DNA of 63,921 nucleotides, counting the filler, from Octopus bimaculoides (lineage: Eukaryota), in NCBI RefSeq assembly GCF_001194135.2. It is 7 parts of 7 records of this genome, joined end to end, with 100 filler letters (N's around TTAATTAATTAA, not from the genome) between each part and the next. Parts side by side here need not be neighbours in the genome. Positions count along the whole stretch, not along the records: positions 19,616 to 32,592 come from NC_068987.1; positions 32,693 to 40,041 come from NC_068989.1; 5 more parts are not named here. One strand, written 5' to 3'. The stretch's first letter is position 1. The number at the start of each line of letters is the position of its first letter. This document shows positions 24,387 to 37,324 of this stretch, one piece after another. A program made the translations under genes and the position numbers. The notes under the pieces were generated by a model that had not been told where the DNA came from, did no database searches, and saw only the letters and a program-made list of their open reading frames with translations.

Positions 24387-24716
24387 GGATCTAGGACTTT
24401 TCGTCTAAAACACTTCGGTCTAATGCGCTATAGTCTAAAGAACTTTGGTCTAAAGTGACTTTTGTATAAATACACAATAGTCTAAAGACATTTTTGTCTA
24501 AACTCACTTTGGTCTAATTACTTTTTTGTCTATAGAATCTCAAAAAAAAGAATATATATATATATAAAAGATCTAAATAACTATACTCTAATAATCCTTT
24601 TTCTCTTTAGACGAAAATGCTTAGACGAAGGTGTCTTTAGACAAAAATACTTTTAGACCAGTGTCTTAGACTAAAGTAGTTAAGACCAAAGTGCCTTAAA
24701 CTAAAGTGCCGTATCC
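24387..24716. mobile_element. Foldback-type MITE with modular ~15-16 bp subrepeats in inverted arms
   Basis: About 9 GTCTA-centred units in the left arm, about 7 TAGAC units in the right arm, an AT-rich spacer, and ends GGAT...ATCC. Confidence 0.75.
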
Positions 24717-25121
24717 CGTTGTATATACTCCAGATTAGGCTGAACAGGTCATTTCTTGGTCCCAAGTTTTCCCTTTAAAGAGAGTCAACTGTTGTTTTCT
24801 TTCTTCCTTTATCTGAGGGAGTAGAGTATGCTAGGGGCTGAGTAAAGAATTCCTTTGAATTAGTTGCCTGAGTCCCGTGTAGAGGCTCGAACTCCTTTTT
24901 CAAGGGAATTTTATCTCCCATTCCCATTGCTTGTTGTTGTTTTTTTGTTTTAGATTAGAACCACACATAGAGGAAGATTTTGTCTACTAATTGCATAGAT
25001 AATATCATTTAATAACAGTTTTTCAACTCATGTGGGATATTTGGAACTGTGTAAGATCCGGAACTAAGAGACAATAGCAATAACAACACCACCATCACTA
25101 CTACTACTACTACTACTGCTG

Positions 25122-25155
<34 letters not shown>

Positions 25156-25422
25156 CGCTGCCGCTGCAACTACTACTACAACTACTACTACTACTACTAC
25201 TACAACTACTACTACTACTACTACTATTGTCACCACCACCACCACCACCACCACCACCACCACCACCACCACTACTACTACTACTACAACTACTACNNNN
25301 NNNNNNNNNNNNNNNNNNNNNNNNNNNNNNNNNNNNNNNNNNNNNNNNNNNNNNNNNNNNNNNNNACTACTACTACTACTACTACTATTGTCACCACCAC
25401 CACCATCACCACCACCACCACC

Positions 25423-25465
<43 letters not shown>

Positions 25466-25631
25466 TTGCCACCACTACTACTTCTACTACTGCTACTATT
25501 ACCACCACGAATACCAAATACTCGTGGATTACGACTTGCTGACTGGAAAATGTAGACACCAGTGCGCATGTGCGCTGACACATGCGGAGGCCTTTAGGTA
25601 ATGTAAGCCAGGACGCAAGTGTAATTACAAA

Positions 25632-25667
<36 letters not shown>

Positions 25668-26499
25668 ACATACACACACACTTACATACACACACACTTA
25701 CGCACACTCATGCACTCGCACGTATACAAACACACACACACATACGTACACACACACACACATACGCACACACATACACACACACACGTACACACACGGG
25801 TACACACATACACGCGTACACATACGTACACGCACGTACACACATACACACACGTACACACACATACACACACATACACACCTACATATCAAATTACAGT
25901 TTAATACCAGTTTAGACGGATACAATCAGTACGCATACATATATGCATACACACACACACACACACACACAGAGAAAAACAGACAAAAACATTCGCCCAT
26001 CTGCAGACACGCTTATACTCACATATACACACTGACCAACATACACAATCACGCATATACTACAATGGATAAAATATACACACACACATAGACCAACATA
26101 GACACATACACACACGCACATGCAACACGACAAACGCGCACCAACTCAGAGATTTAATCAACGGATTTTAGATTTAACCGAAGATTCAGAAAGTATATAA
26201 TCCCAGCAGAAATGTTATCTGAACTGTGTATTATTTCTGCCTAAACATGGCGGTTCTTTCTGTCTTTTTAGAAAAGATTGCAATCAGGAAGTCTCATCCT
26301 TTTTTGCCCAAACGCTTGATTCTTTCTATAAGACGATATACAATAACGATAATAGATTGTTAATTCGACTCAAGCATAATGATGTCATTTGTTTACAAGA
26401 AAAATAATATTTTTGATGGTAGGGATTTTAATGTTAGTCATGGCGCTCAGTTTTTTCTCTGGAAGATATTAACGTATAGTTGAGATTCGTATCGAATGT

Positions 26500-26788
26500 A
26501 CTCTTTTACTCTTTTACTTGTTTCAGTCATTTGACTGCGGCCATGCTGGAGCACCGCCTTTTAGTCGAGCGCAAATCGACCCCAGGACTTATTCTTTGTA
26601 AGCCTAGTACTTATTCTATTGGTCTCTTTTGTCGAACCGCTAAGTTACGGGGACGTGAACACACCAGCATCGGTTGTCAAGCAATGTTGGGGGGGGGGGG
26701 AGACAAACACAGACACACAAACATACACACACACACACANNNNNNNNNNNNNNNNNNNNNNNNNNNNNNNNNNNNNNNNNNNNNNNNN

Positions 26789-26839
<51 letters not shown>

Positions 26840-27003
26840 CGACGGACTTCTTTCAGTTTCCGTCTACCAAATCCACTCACAAGGCTTTGGTCGGCCCAAG
26901 GCTATAGTAGAAGACACTTGCCCAAGGTGCCACGCAGTGGGACTGAACCCAGAACCATGTGGTTGGTAAGCAGGCTACTTCCCATGCAGCCACTCCTGTG
27001 CCC
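26500..27003 (-). mobile_element. SINE family A, full length (internal microsatellite gapped)
   Basis: Reverse complement match to family A along both halves. Confidence 0.9.
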
Positions 27004-28336
27004 AGAATAAGGACAGCTGAAAGACCTTAGAGCATTTCGCCCGGTGTGCTAATGCTTCTTCCAGCTCGCCGCCTTACGACTTGCTGACTGGAAAATGTAG
27101 ACAGCAGCTGTCTACTGTACTTCACATTCAGTTACATCTTTGTTCAGCCTAGTGGTTAGGATGTTGCACGTATTCTTGAGCAAAACTCTTCATTTCATGT
27201 TGCTCCGGTCCACGATTTGTGTATGCTGGGGCTTCTGACTGAATACACTTATGATCAAAGTTGCTCCAACCACGACCACGACCACTTAATAGATACTATT
27301 AATAGATAGTATTAATAGATAGTATAGGGCCGAGGGCTTCGATTTTCCCGGAAGCGGCCCTAAGTCCACGTGACTGGTCTACAGCATTCGTCAATCTAAG
27401 TACAAGTTCATATATTTTGGGAAGGAATATAACGACCCTCGAGTATTTATAAAGAAATTCATGTTACCGGTCTCGCAAGGATTTGAATTAGGAAAATAAA
27501 GCTCCCGAACTAAATTGCGTAACGCATTTTATCTGGCGATCTATCGATTCTGTCATTAATCAATAATCATTGTTATTTAACCATTTGTCACTTCTGATTG
27601 AATACACTTACGATCAAAGTCGCTCCAACCACGACCACTTAATCGGTTTACTGACAAACTTCATGTAAGACTACTTCAATAGTTCCCGATCCTTTTTTAA
27701 AAGACTACAGGGTATGATTTAAAAGAGATTCAGCTGCTGTTTCTAGCGAGACAAGCGACTAAGCAGAGGCTTCTTCGTTGGCAGATATTGTATCAAAAGT
27801 GTGTTTTACAAACATCAATGCCTTTTAAAATATAGCAATAAAAACTCCAGCCACGACAGAAAGAAAGCAGAACGAGGATAAGAATTATTACGAACGAATT
27901 GCTGAAAAAGAAATTAATATTCCCCGGATTGCAGGAAGTGAAATAGAAATCTTATGATGGCATTGATGGGATTATAAATAGGGCTATGATACGATTCCAT
28001 TCGTTATTTCCGGATAAATACAATTCGCCCAGAAGGTAAAATAACGTGCAATGAATAGAAGTAGGATTATTGCAAAGCGTATGTTTGAGTAAATGGAAAA
28101 CAAAAATTAAGCTAATTTAGTGAAGGCTTTGTAATATTAAGACAGGTATAGAAATGTTTCAGAGTTAAAGATTGTCTCCCTTTGTATTCTTTTATCTGTA
28201 ATAAGAGATCTTTAAAATCGACATTACAAAGGTAATAAATGGGTATATTAATAAAGGCAGGCGGTGTCATAAACGATAGATGACGGCTCTACAACCACAT
28301 GTAAAACAACCACTACACCATATGCCCACGGACATA

Positions 28337-28605
28337 TGGCGTAGTGGTTAAGAGCGCGGACTACTAACCCCAAGATTCTGAGTTCGATTCCAGGTAGTGA
28401 CCTGAATAATAATAATAATAATAATAACATCGAAAAATACCTTAGGAATACCTTAGAGGGGACAAACAAGGACAGACAAAGGGATTAAGCCGATTAGATT
28501 GACCCCAGTGCGTAACTGGTACTTAATTTATCGACCCCGAAAGGATGAAAGGCAAAGTCGACCTCGCTAAGCATTTCGCCCGGCGTGCTAACGTCTCTGC
28601 CTTCA
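28337..28605 (+). mobile_element. Chimeric SINE: family C tRNA head joined to an internally deleted family B body
   Basis: tggcgtagtggttaagagcgc...gagttcgattcc-(TAA)n-aacatcgaaaaataccttaggaat, then gaccccagtgcgtaactggtacttaatttatcgaccccgaaagg. Confidence 0.75.
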
Positions 28606-29892
28606 CCTATAGACTAATTATCGATACAGACCGTCGCCATCAGTTCCATTAGAACCCGGATTTAACTCCAGAGGAGATACTAATATAGGACCTCAGACCC
28701 TCTTGCAAACAAAAGAGAGCAAAATACGGGGAAAATAAAGACGGTGCCCCAGCATGACCGCAGTCCAATGACTGAAATACATAAAAGATCAAGTTTTAAT
28801 GAAATCAACTAAATAANNNNNNNNNNNNNNNNNNNNNNNNNNNNNNNNNNNNNNNNNNNNNNNNNNNNNNNNNNNNNNNNNNNNNNNNNNNNNNNNNNNN
28901 NNNNNNNNNNNNNNNNNNNNNNNNNNNNNNNNNNNNNNNNNNNNNNNNNNNNNNNNNNNNNNNNNNNNNNNNNNNNNNNNNNNNNNNNNNNNNNNNNNNN
29001 NNNNNNNNNNNNNNNNNNNNNNNNNNNNNNNNNNNNNNNNNNNNNNNNNNNNNNNNNNNNNNNNNNNNNNNNNNNNNNNNNNNNNNNNNNNNNNNNNGTT
29101 TATCGGCTTTGATAAAACACTACACACACACACACACGCACACACGCATGCATGCATATATATATATGTGTGCGTTGCTTTTCTTTCTTATCAATTTTCG
29201 TTTATCTTCCTATTATTCTTCCTGTTTTTTTGTTTTTTTTCCTTTTCCGTTTTATTTCCTCCATTGTTGATTTTCATATCATTTTAACTTCTTTCAATTC
29301 ATTAAATCTTTTAAATCTGGTCTGTCCCCCCCCCCCACCTTGTCTCACTTCTACAACGTTGTCTGTGTCTTTCTGTTCCTCATTTTCTTCTCTATATTTT
29401 CTTTTCTTTCTTTATTTCTCCCCTACTTATCGTCTGCTTTTATTTTTCCCGTCACGAATCTCCGCCCCCACCATTTTCTCTTCTCTCTTCTCTTTTTCTC
29501 CTCCCGTATAGATCCATCATTGCAGAAATCTCACAACTGAATCACTGACAACATGCTTGTTCGTTAATAAATTGATTGAGGCTCGTGCAGTGGCGGGAAA
29601 CCGAACAGCGAAAAGGTCAGACAGACAAACCTCATCAACGTAGCAAGGTTATTGCCACGATGGCTTCGTAACCTTGAATATGGAGATAAGAGTTATGGAG
29701 GAGATATGGAGGCGGTTGTTTTTTCATTCTTTTTGATAGCAATATGATAGGCGCTGACAACGATGACAGGCGGAAACGGTGGAAGCGGTGACAGTGAACA
29801 ACGGTGGCAACATTGCCAGTAGCGATAACGGAGGCAGCGGCGGCGGTGGTGTTGGCGTTGGTTGTGGTGGTGAAACCGCTTTACTGAAGTAG

Positions 29893-29983
29893 CTCTCTCA
29901 GCTCTTACCAACCACATGGTTCCGGGTTCAGTCCCACTGCGTGGCACTTTGAGCAAGTGTCTTCTACTACAGCCTCGGGCCGA
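29893..29983 (+). mobile_element. SINE family A head fragment
   Basis: ttaccaaccacatggttccgggttcagtcccactgcgtggcac...gcctcgggccgac. Confidence 0.8.
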
Positions 29984-30436
29984 CTCTCTCTCTCTCTCTA
30001 CCTCTCGTTGCTCATTTTCGTTCTTGGACTCCTCAAGCTCACACGTACTTCTTTGCTCCTCCAGTTCGTGCCTCACAGCGCTCAATACATACACACTTCA
30101 CGTCTGGCTGTACAGCCTTTTTGTTTGTTTATTTCACCGTTTCGTTTTCCTGTCTTGTTTTCCGTCCGCCACTGGCCTCCATGAAAATTTAATTTGTGTT
30201 CGTGGGAAGAACCATTTTAACGATGCGTACTGCCTTAATTCTTCGAAACGCCGGGGTTTTAATGGTGACAGCTGATGAAGGGGATGTTTCTATGTGGCCT
30301 GCTTGTTTGTTGCACCTTGTTTACCATTTTGTCCATGTTCGTTTGCCACGTCATGTACCCAGTTATGTATCTATATGTACATGTGGATGAAGGTATATAC
30401 ATACATGTACATATATATGCATATACTCATATATTG

Positions 30437-30495
<59 letters not shown>

Positions 30496-30598
30496 NNNNN
30501 NNNNNNNNNNNNNNNNNNNNNNNNNNNNNNNNNNNNNNNNNNNNNNNNNNNNNNNNNNNNNNNNNNNNNNNNNNNNNNNNNNNNNNNNNNNNNNNNNN

Positions 30599-30775
30599 GC
30601 TTGACAACCGATACCGGTGTGTTTACGTCCCCGTAACTTAGCGGTTCGGCAAAAGATTCCGATAGAACAAGTACTAGGCTTACAAAGAATAAGTCCTCGG
30701 ATCGATTTGCTCGACTAAAGGCGGTGTTCCAGCATGGCCACAGTCAAATGATTGAAACAAGTAAAAGAATAATAG
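30599..30775 (+). mobile_element. SINE family A 3' half
   Basis: gcttgacaaccgat...gcggttcggcaaaag...gactaaaggcggtgttccagcatggcc. Confidence 0.85.
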
Positions 30776-31409
30776 AGCAATATATATATACACACATAAA
30801 GTTATTGTTAACAAAAGTCGGGATGCGTGGCGTTCAGTTACTCAATAAATGAAAAATGCATTAAGTACTACAAAACGTACAAGTAGGATAGACACAGAAG
30901 GGCCCTAATTCTTCATCAGTTATCGACCAAAATGCTAATACTCAGTTTAATGCCTTTAACGATAAGACTGAGAACATCGTATATCAGCGGCACCCGCAAA
31001 ATTTGCGTAGAATTAGGCCTCGAGCAAACAAGACTATACAGGAGGCACGTACGAAAGTAAATAAATGTCATTTGAAACGTCAGACGAAGACGGAATAAAT
31101 ATGGCCTCGATGATTTGGCTAAATCCGGTTGTCAGTGTATATATATTTTTGCCATTAAAATTTATGGCTGCTTTAGCGAAATGCTAATGCGAATATTAAA
31201 AATTAATATAAACAACTAGGCGCAATATGTATATACACTGAGAGGGGAAAACTATGTAATTCCTATCATTAAAGGCATGAAACTAGGTACTAGTATTTTT
31301 CGGTCGTTAACTGATGAAGTATTTATTAGGTTTCTGGTGTTTGTCCTACATGAAAGTTTTGTAGTGTTTAATGCATTTTTCATGATTGACCGCTAACTCC
31401 AAAAGTTTT

Positions 31410-31565
31410 TTTATTCTCTCTCTGTTTATTTCCTCGTGCTCATTTCTGCTGAAGAGCGTAGGCTCGAAACGTAAAAGACTTACTCACCTTCCCGAGTGTC
31501 AAACTAATACACCTGCTTGTTGTTTATACACCTGCCTTCGTCTTTCGTTTTTCTGTAAATTTCAA
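31410..31565 (+). mobile_element. Penelope-like terminal repeat with hammerhead-like motif (core CUGCUGA at 31446-31452, GUA triplet)
   Basis: Same architecture as 15449-15485. Confidence 0.6.
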
Positions 31566-31659
31566 GTNNNNNNNNNNNNNNNNNNNNNNNNNNNNNNNNN
31601 NNNNNNNNNNNNNNNNNNNNTGTGTGTGTGTGTGTGTGTGTTTGATAGAAATCACATAC

Positions 31660-31857
31660 TTCAACATGGACTTGTTTCCCTTTCAAAGACGGTAGGGTTT
31701 TCAGGTTTGCCATTTCTAATAGGTCGACCGACTGCACAGAGGATTCTTCGTCGATGCTGTGACTGTTGTTGCTGTTGTTGTTGTTGTTGTTGTGGTGGTG
31801 GTGGTGGTGGCGCCGTCGGTGGCGATGCGGAGGTGATGCTAGAGGTGTCTGACTCAT
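31660..31857 (-). CDS. Candidate first or internal coding exon with His/Asn runs (MSQTPLASPPHRHRRRHHHHHHNNNNNN...DLLEMANLKTLPSLKGKQVHVE)
   Basis: Open 66 codons in GC-rich context with a strong phase-0 donor GAA|GTATGT at 31659. A long pyrimidine tract and AG at 31850-31849 would give an in-frame 189-nt exon instead. Confidence 0.5.
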
Positions 31858-32287
31858 TACACCGAGACAAGAGCGAGGCGAATAAACGACCGAGCGAGAG
31901 CAAAGAGAATGATAGATAATGGCTGGAAACTTCATGTCTAATTAAGAAATTGATTTATCAAGATTTATATCGCCATTGTTTGATTTGGCAATGGTGGTGG
32001 TGGTGGTGGTGGTAGCGGCAGTGATGATGGTGGTGGTGGTAGTGGAGTTATTGTAGAATTGGACCTATCGACATCAGTAATCTAAAATAAATACAATTAG
32101 TCTAAGCTATTAATAGATAAGAGCCAACGTTAACGCTACGTCTCCCGCATCGTCGTTGTCGCAACTTCGTTCTTGTATATCCATCGGTCAATTCTAACTG
32201 ACCAGAAGACCTGTGAGTGAAAGTATTCCGATAGTGAACGCTTCCGTCTTTTTAGCGACTTTTGAAATACACCCATGCATATATAGA

Positions 32288-32320
<33 letters not shown>

Positions 32321-32362
32321 ATGTGTCTGTATGTCTATATACTTTCTCTCTCTCTCTCTCTA

Positions 32363-32401
<39 letters not shown>

Positions 32402-32439
32402 GCCATGATAGATCGCTGACCACTACATTTATATATTTT

Positions 32440-32592
32440 TTCTCCTTGTTTCTCTCCTTATTTCTTTCTGTGTTCCTTTCAGCTGAAGAGCGTAGGCTCG
32501 AAACGTCAAAGACTTTCTCTATTCCCGAGCGTTAAACTAATACATCCATTTGTTGTTTACACCAGCTGTCTTCGTCTGTTGTTTTCTTCGTA
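32440..32592 (+). mobile_element. Penelope-like terminal repeat with hammerhead-like motif (core CAGCUGA at 32480-32486, GUC triplet)
   Basis: Third copy of the family; stem II GAGC-GUAG-GCUC is intact. Confidence 0.6.
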
Positions 32593-33960
32593 NNNNNNNN
32601 NNNNNNNNNNNNNNNNNNNNNNNNNNNNNNNNNNNNTTAATTAATTAANNNNNNNNNNNNNNNNNNNNNNNNNNNNNNNNNNNNNNNNNNNNATATATTC
32701 ATGAAAGAGATTTGAATTTATCCGGTTGCATCTCAGTAACATGTGCTTATACAGAATAATATTCAGCACTGAATATATTCTAATTATTTATAATATAATA
32801 TAGGATAAATTCTTTATAAGAATTTATCAAGTAGTCAGCTTGAAAAAAGCCTCATAATGAAAAAAAAAATAATGAAAAAAGTTTCGTAATGAAAAAAATT
32901 CATCATTTTTTCATAAATATAAATAATTTTATATAAAGGTCATTAACTGTGTAGTAATGCCTCACGCTTCTAGGGACTAAATAAGTCAAAAACTACCAAA
33001 AAATAAGCAACATATTTACTGAAAGCGAAGGAATGCAGCTTTCAAAATTTATCTCTTAAAAACATTTAACTTAACGGTAGACCACTGGTTTCTCAATCAA
33101 ATACAGGAAAACTGTGAAGTAAACTGCATTCTTTTGTTCATCAGTACACGTATGGTCAAGATACATAAAAATATATAATTTCATAATTTCATAAAAACAA
33201 CAGTATGTTACTGCTATTTGTTATTCATGCATATCGCTCTGTGTAAATGAAAATAAAATCATTGACGTATTAATGTTCAATATTTCTTTTGTCAGCGTAT
33301 GAATTTATCGAGCTGCTATTTATCAGAAAAATGTTACATCTTGTTTATTTTAATAACGTGGTAGAGGGAAAGAAAGAGATATCGCTGCAAGCTGTCAAAC
33401 ACATTTAGGTATATACATGCATACGTACATAAATGCGTGCATCAATGCATATTTGCATAGAAATAAAAAACCTTTCAATTGGTTTGTTGTGACTAATATA
33501 CTGATAATTAATTGTCCTCAAATACCCCTCACATCTTGTATACACTGACACGCCGCAAACTCAAGCAGACACTCATATATACATGCATACACACATATAC
33601 GCGCACGTATATGTACATACACGTACATGCATATAATAGCTAAGTACCACTTGATATGTATGATACATAATTAACTACATTGCTTTAATCAATCGAAATT
33701 AAGCTTGTAATGAGAAAAGAAATTGGCGTAAATGAAAATTCATTGCAAAATGGGCAAGGGCGGTAACTCTAGAATGTCAATTAACAAAACGTTAGTACAC
33801 TTTGTATTGCGTTCCTTTACGTGAAAAGATGTCTTAATTACTTGATGAAAAAGGATCCATAAGTGAATATGAGTGGATATGATCGAGTAAATCTTCATGA
33901 AGGAGATGCTCATGCACGGTCCCTGTCAAATGATTAAAATTAATAAACACACACATGCAG

Positions 33961-34013
<53 letters not shown>

Positions 34014-37000
34014 CACCACCACCACCACCACCACTCAAATTTCGTTTGAGCCACTGTCAGAATTATAAATATAATTTTGCAATCCAAAGCGTTATATTTT
34101 ACATTCATAAAACATTACCTGATTCTTTCGATATAATCTTTGAAGATCATTTCGATTGACGCCTTCATAAAAGTCTGTTTAAAAAGTATTTTCCAAGAAT
34201 CTGGATTACGCTTTATTAAATTTTCATATAGTCATAAACGTAACTTTGTTTTAAACTCAGTACCTAACCTCTGTTTCCAGCATTCGTGTCAGATTTCTGA
34301 ACTAAGGATATATAAAAGATGGGATACGCGCGTCACAGTCAACCTTGAGGTATATGAGAGATGAACATATGAGCATGACATTGAAGCTTCTGCTGTAGGT
34401 ATTAGAGAAGTGAAATAGGAAGAGTTAATAATCAAGCATTAAGTAGCATTTGACACTGATTACTGATATAATTTTTTAAAATTTATTTTAAGGTTAAAAT
34501 CACGAATATATAGTCAAGAGGAACGAATTTTTACGATATTCAGGATGATCTCAAGGCACCGCAGAAAACCAGTTGGATAAATCAGCTCCTAGAAGTTTAT
34601 TTCCAAAAGTAACTTCCTATTTTTTGTTTACAACGTATTCTAAAAATGGCATTCGCCGATAATTATACAATTTTAAAAATAATTAAGTACAAAAAACGAC
34701 TATGGTTAGTTGTCAAATATTTATTGCATGCAATAGATAAATGCATGTGAATTTGTTACAAAACCGGTTTTCTACCTAAAGATGACACCAATTCGACAGC
34801 TGCAATGATATACATCTGAGGTATTGAATCATAAATTTGACACTTATTGATGGTCAATATTAATAGCAATTATCTGGCATCTAGACACATGTTACTCTTC
34901 GTGAGAACATTACCACACCCTAGCAGGCATGTAAGCTGTTGCAATCTCCTGAATATTGAACATATTGTATGTAAACAAGAATTTTGTGTTGTTGGTTAAC
35001 AGGCTGTTTGTCAAATAGTCAAAATACGAGTTCTACATTCATGTCTTAATATATAACATACTTGATAAAAATTAATAGCGTATAAATGTATATTCATTTG
35101 GATGATTTGGATAGTGAAGGGTAGAATATAATCTTTTTGCAATTTTAATGTATGTATTTTCGAAAATACATACTTGGAGAGTGAATCGCACCACATGTAC
35201 CAGTTTCAAAGCATGTTAGTGTCATTGCTAAAATTAATTCCATTTAACATATGAAATTTATTTTGAGACTCGGTTTCCCTGGTGTTTCTCTCTTGGTTTA
35301 TGGCTCTCATGTCGAAATTAGTATTAGATAAGGAATAACTGTTTATGTATGAATGTGTGTAGGTAGGTACAATGGCTCTTTTTAGGGAAAAATGCTGAGA
35401 AATATAATATTCTGCTTCAATTAAAGAGTTTAAGTTGTGTAGTATTGTATAATTGACTTAAAAGAGGCCCGAACCTTCACCTCACTTTCATCTTACTTTT
35501 TACTTTACTGATGTAGTATGGTAGAGGATCATAGAGCCATAGAGAAGTGCATAGATAGAAGGAAAAGGAGATGGTACTGTTAATTAAACGGAAATACGAA
35601 ATCGTCGATAATAGCTTTTTATTAAGTTATAAATACAATGACTTGTATTTTAACATAGAATAACAGACAACTGAATCAACCTCGGTAAGTTACCAGGAAT
35701 TTACTTGTACATATGATACCGATCATCTCTGAAGAAAGAGAAAGAATAAATGACACCAGCGGTATTTGATCTGAGATGCTAAAAGAATAATGTCTTAACG
35801 TTTCTACAAATCATGCTTGTCGTCTGTATATGTGTAGGTACATTTGTCAGTGTCCGAAATCGTCTGTATATTTACCGGTATAAAATCAGTTTTTAGTCAC
35901 AACATACAATTTAGGGGATTGATGAAACACGTTAATTAAATAAATATCGAAACTGACATAAGTACTGTGGTTGATATTATCGTCTAAGACTCTTATTGAC
36001 AGTTACTCAGCATGGCCGCAGTCCAATAACTGACAACCAGTATAAGACTAAAAGAAAATTAAAAGAATAACTTGAGACTATCTTCGATGCAAGAAGCGTT
36101 TTATAACTAACGAATGTCCAGTTAGTTTACAATTCGGAGTTCCTAAGTTTTGTGGGTAGGGAATTCAATAGTCAATAGAAGCTTTCATACATATTACGTA
36201 CGTCACTTTCGATTTAAATAAATAATTAAATTCCGTTTCAAACCCTAATTAAAATATACAACTTTCAATGGAATTCATAAGTGAATGACACGATGAGAAA
36301 AAAAGGTGTAAACTTCTTTCAGGTCTTCTCATTTCTTTTACATAGTATGCAGAACACATGGTCTGTTTCTTTCGAATCCTCAATGAGAACATTAATTGTA
36401 TGCCACACTCATTTCATACAAAATGTGCTATTGTTATAATAAGTTCAAATACTTGCTCGCTTGCATCTCAATTTACTCCTCTCTTTCTCTCTACTCCTTT
36501 TCTTTCTCTGGAGTTGCAATGCTCTTCTCACTCCTTTTCTATCCCACCTCTCTCTATGCATGTCTGTGTGTGTGTGTGTGTGTGCCCTTTATTATTTTCC
36601 TTTATATAATATTCGTTTATTATCGTTTACTGAATGTACTTAAACAATATAAACCATTGTTGGAGACATGATTCATTCACACCATACATTAGTAATTAGA
36701 ATAATTTAATTCCTTCCTTCTCTAATAAATGCTACACTGTTTAATATGAAACCGACAACTGACCGGCGAATTACCTGCTTTCTCTGCACATCACGTGTGT
36801 TGATGGTCCGTTAGCAGTAACAGCAATAAAATCAACTTAAAGAGTTGCAACTCATATTCCGGCCAGCGCTGTTGAACACATCGCATCGATCGCTGTATTA
36901 TTATTATTTTATTATTTTTCTTTTTACTTGCTCTTGGAATACCTTTCTCAGGTGTATTAATCAACATTTCATAATCAATAAACAGCTGAGTAATACAATG

Positions 37001-37324
37001 GAATAGTGGGAACATTACCAATGCAATTTAGATTGTTATTATCATTGGGAGTTACAGGTGCATCTAGAGAAAAATTTCCACAATAATGCACTAAACACAG
37101 GCTAGATCAACCACCACAAGCCCTACCCACACCCGTTACTTCCACAATCAGAACAATTATAATTATCACAATAACCAGCATCACCACTATCGCAACACCA
37201 CTACCGCCACATTGCATTCGAAGTAACACTATCGGTATTTCCAGAATGAATACAGCTCTAACGTCTATCGCGTTGAAAATGTCCGAAGCTCCTTAGTATT
37301 TACCAAATTTAAAAGACCATAGAC

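Noticed and set aside
25216-25430. ctactattgtcaccaccacc block present on both sides of the gap at 25297-25365
   Set aside because: Probably the same microsatellite assembled twice across the gap.
28337-28405. tRNA-like sequence with A and B boxes (also 17446-17510 and 1520-1600)
   Set aside because: No closed acceptor stem or proper cloverleaf, and it continues into SINE bodies; these are tRNA-derived SINE heads.
30890-30930. Additional CTGATGA hammerhead cores (30905 -, 24345 -, 30272 +)
   Set aside because: The GAAA half and the cleavage triplet are decayed; counted only as relics of Penelope-like repeats.
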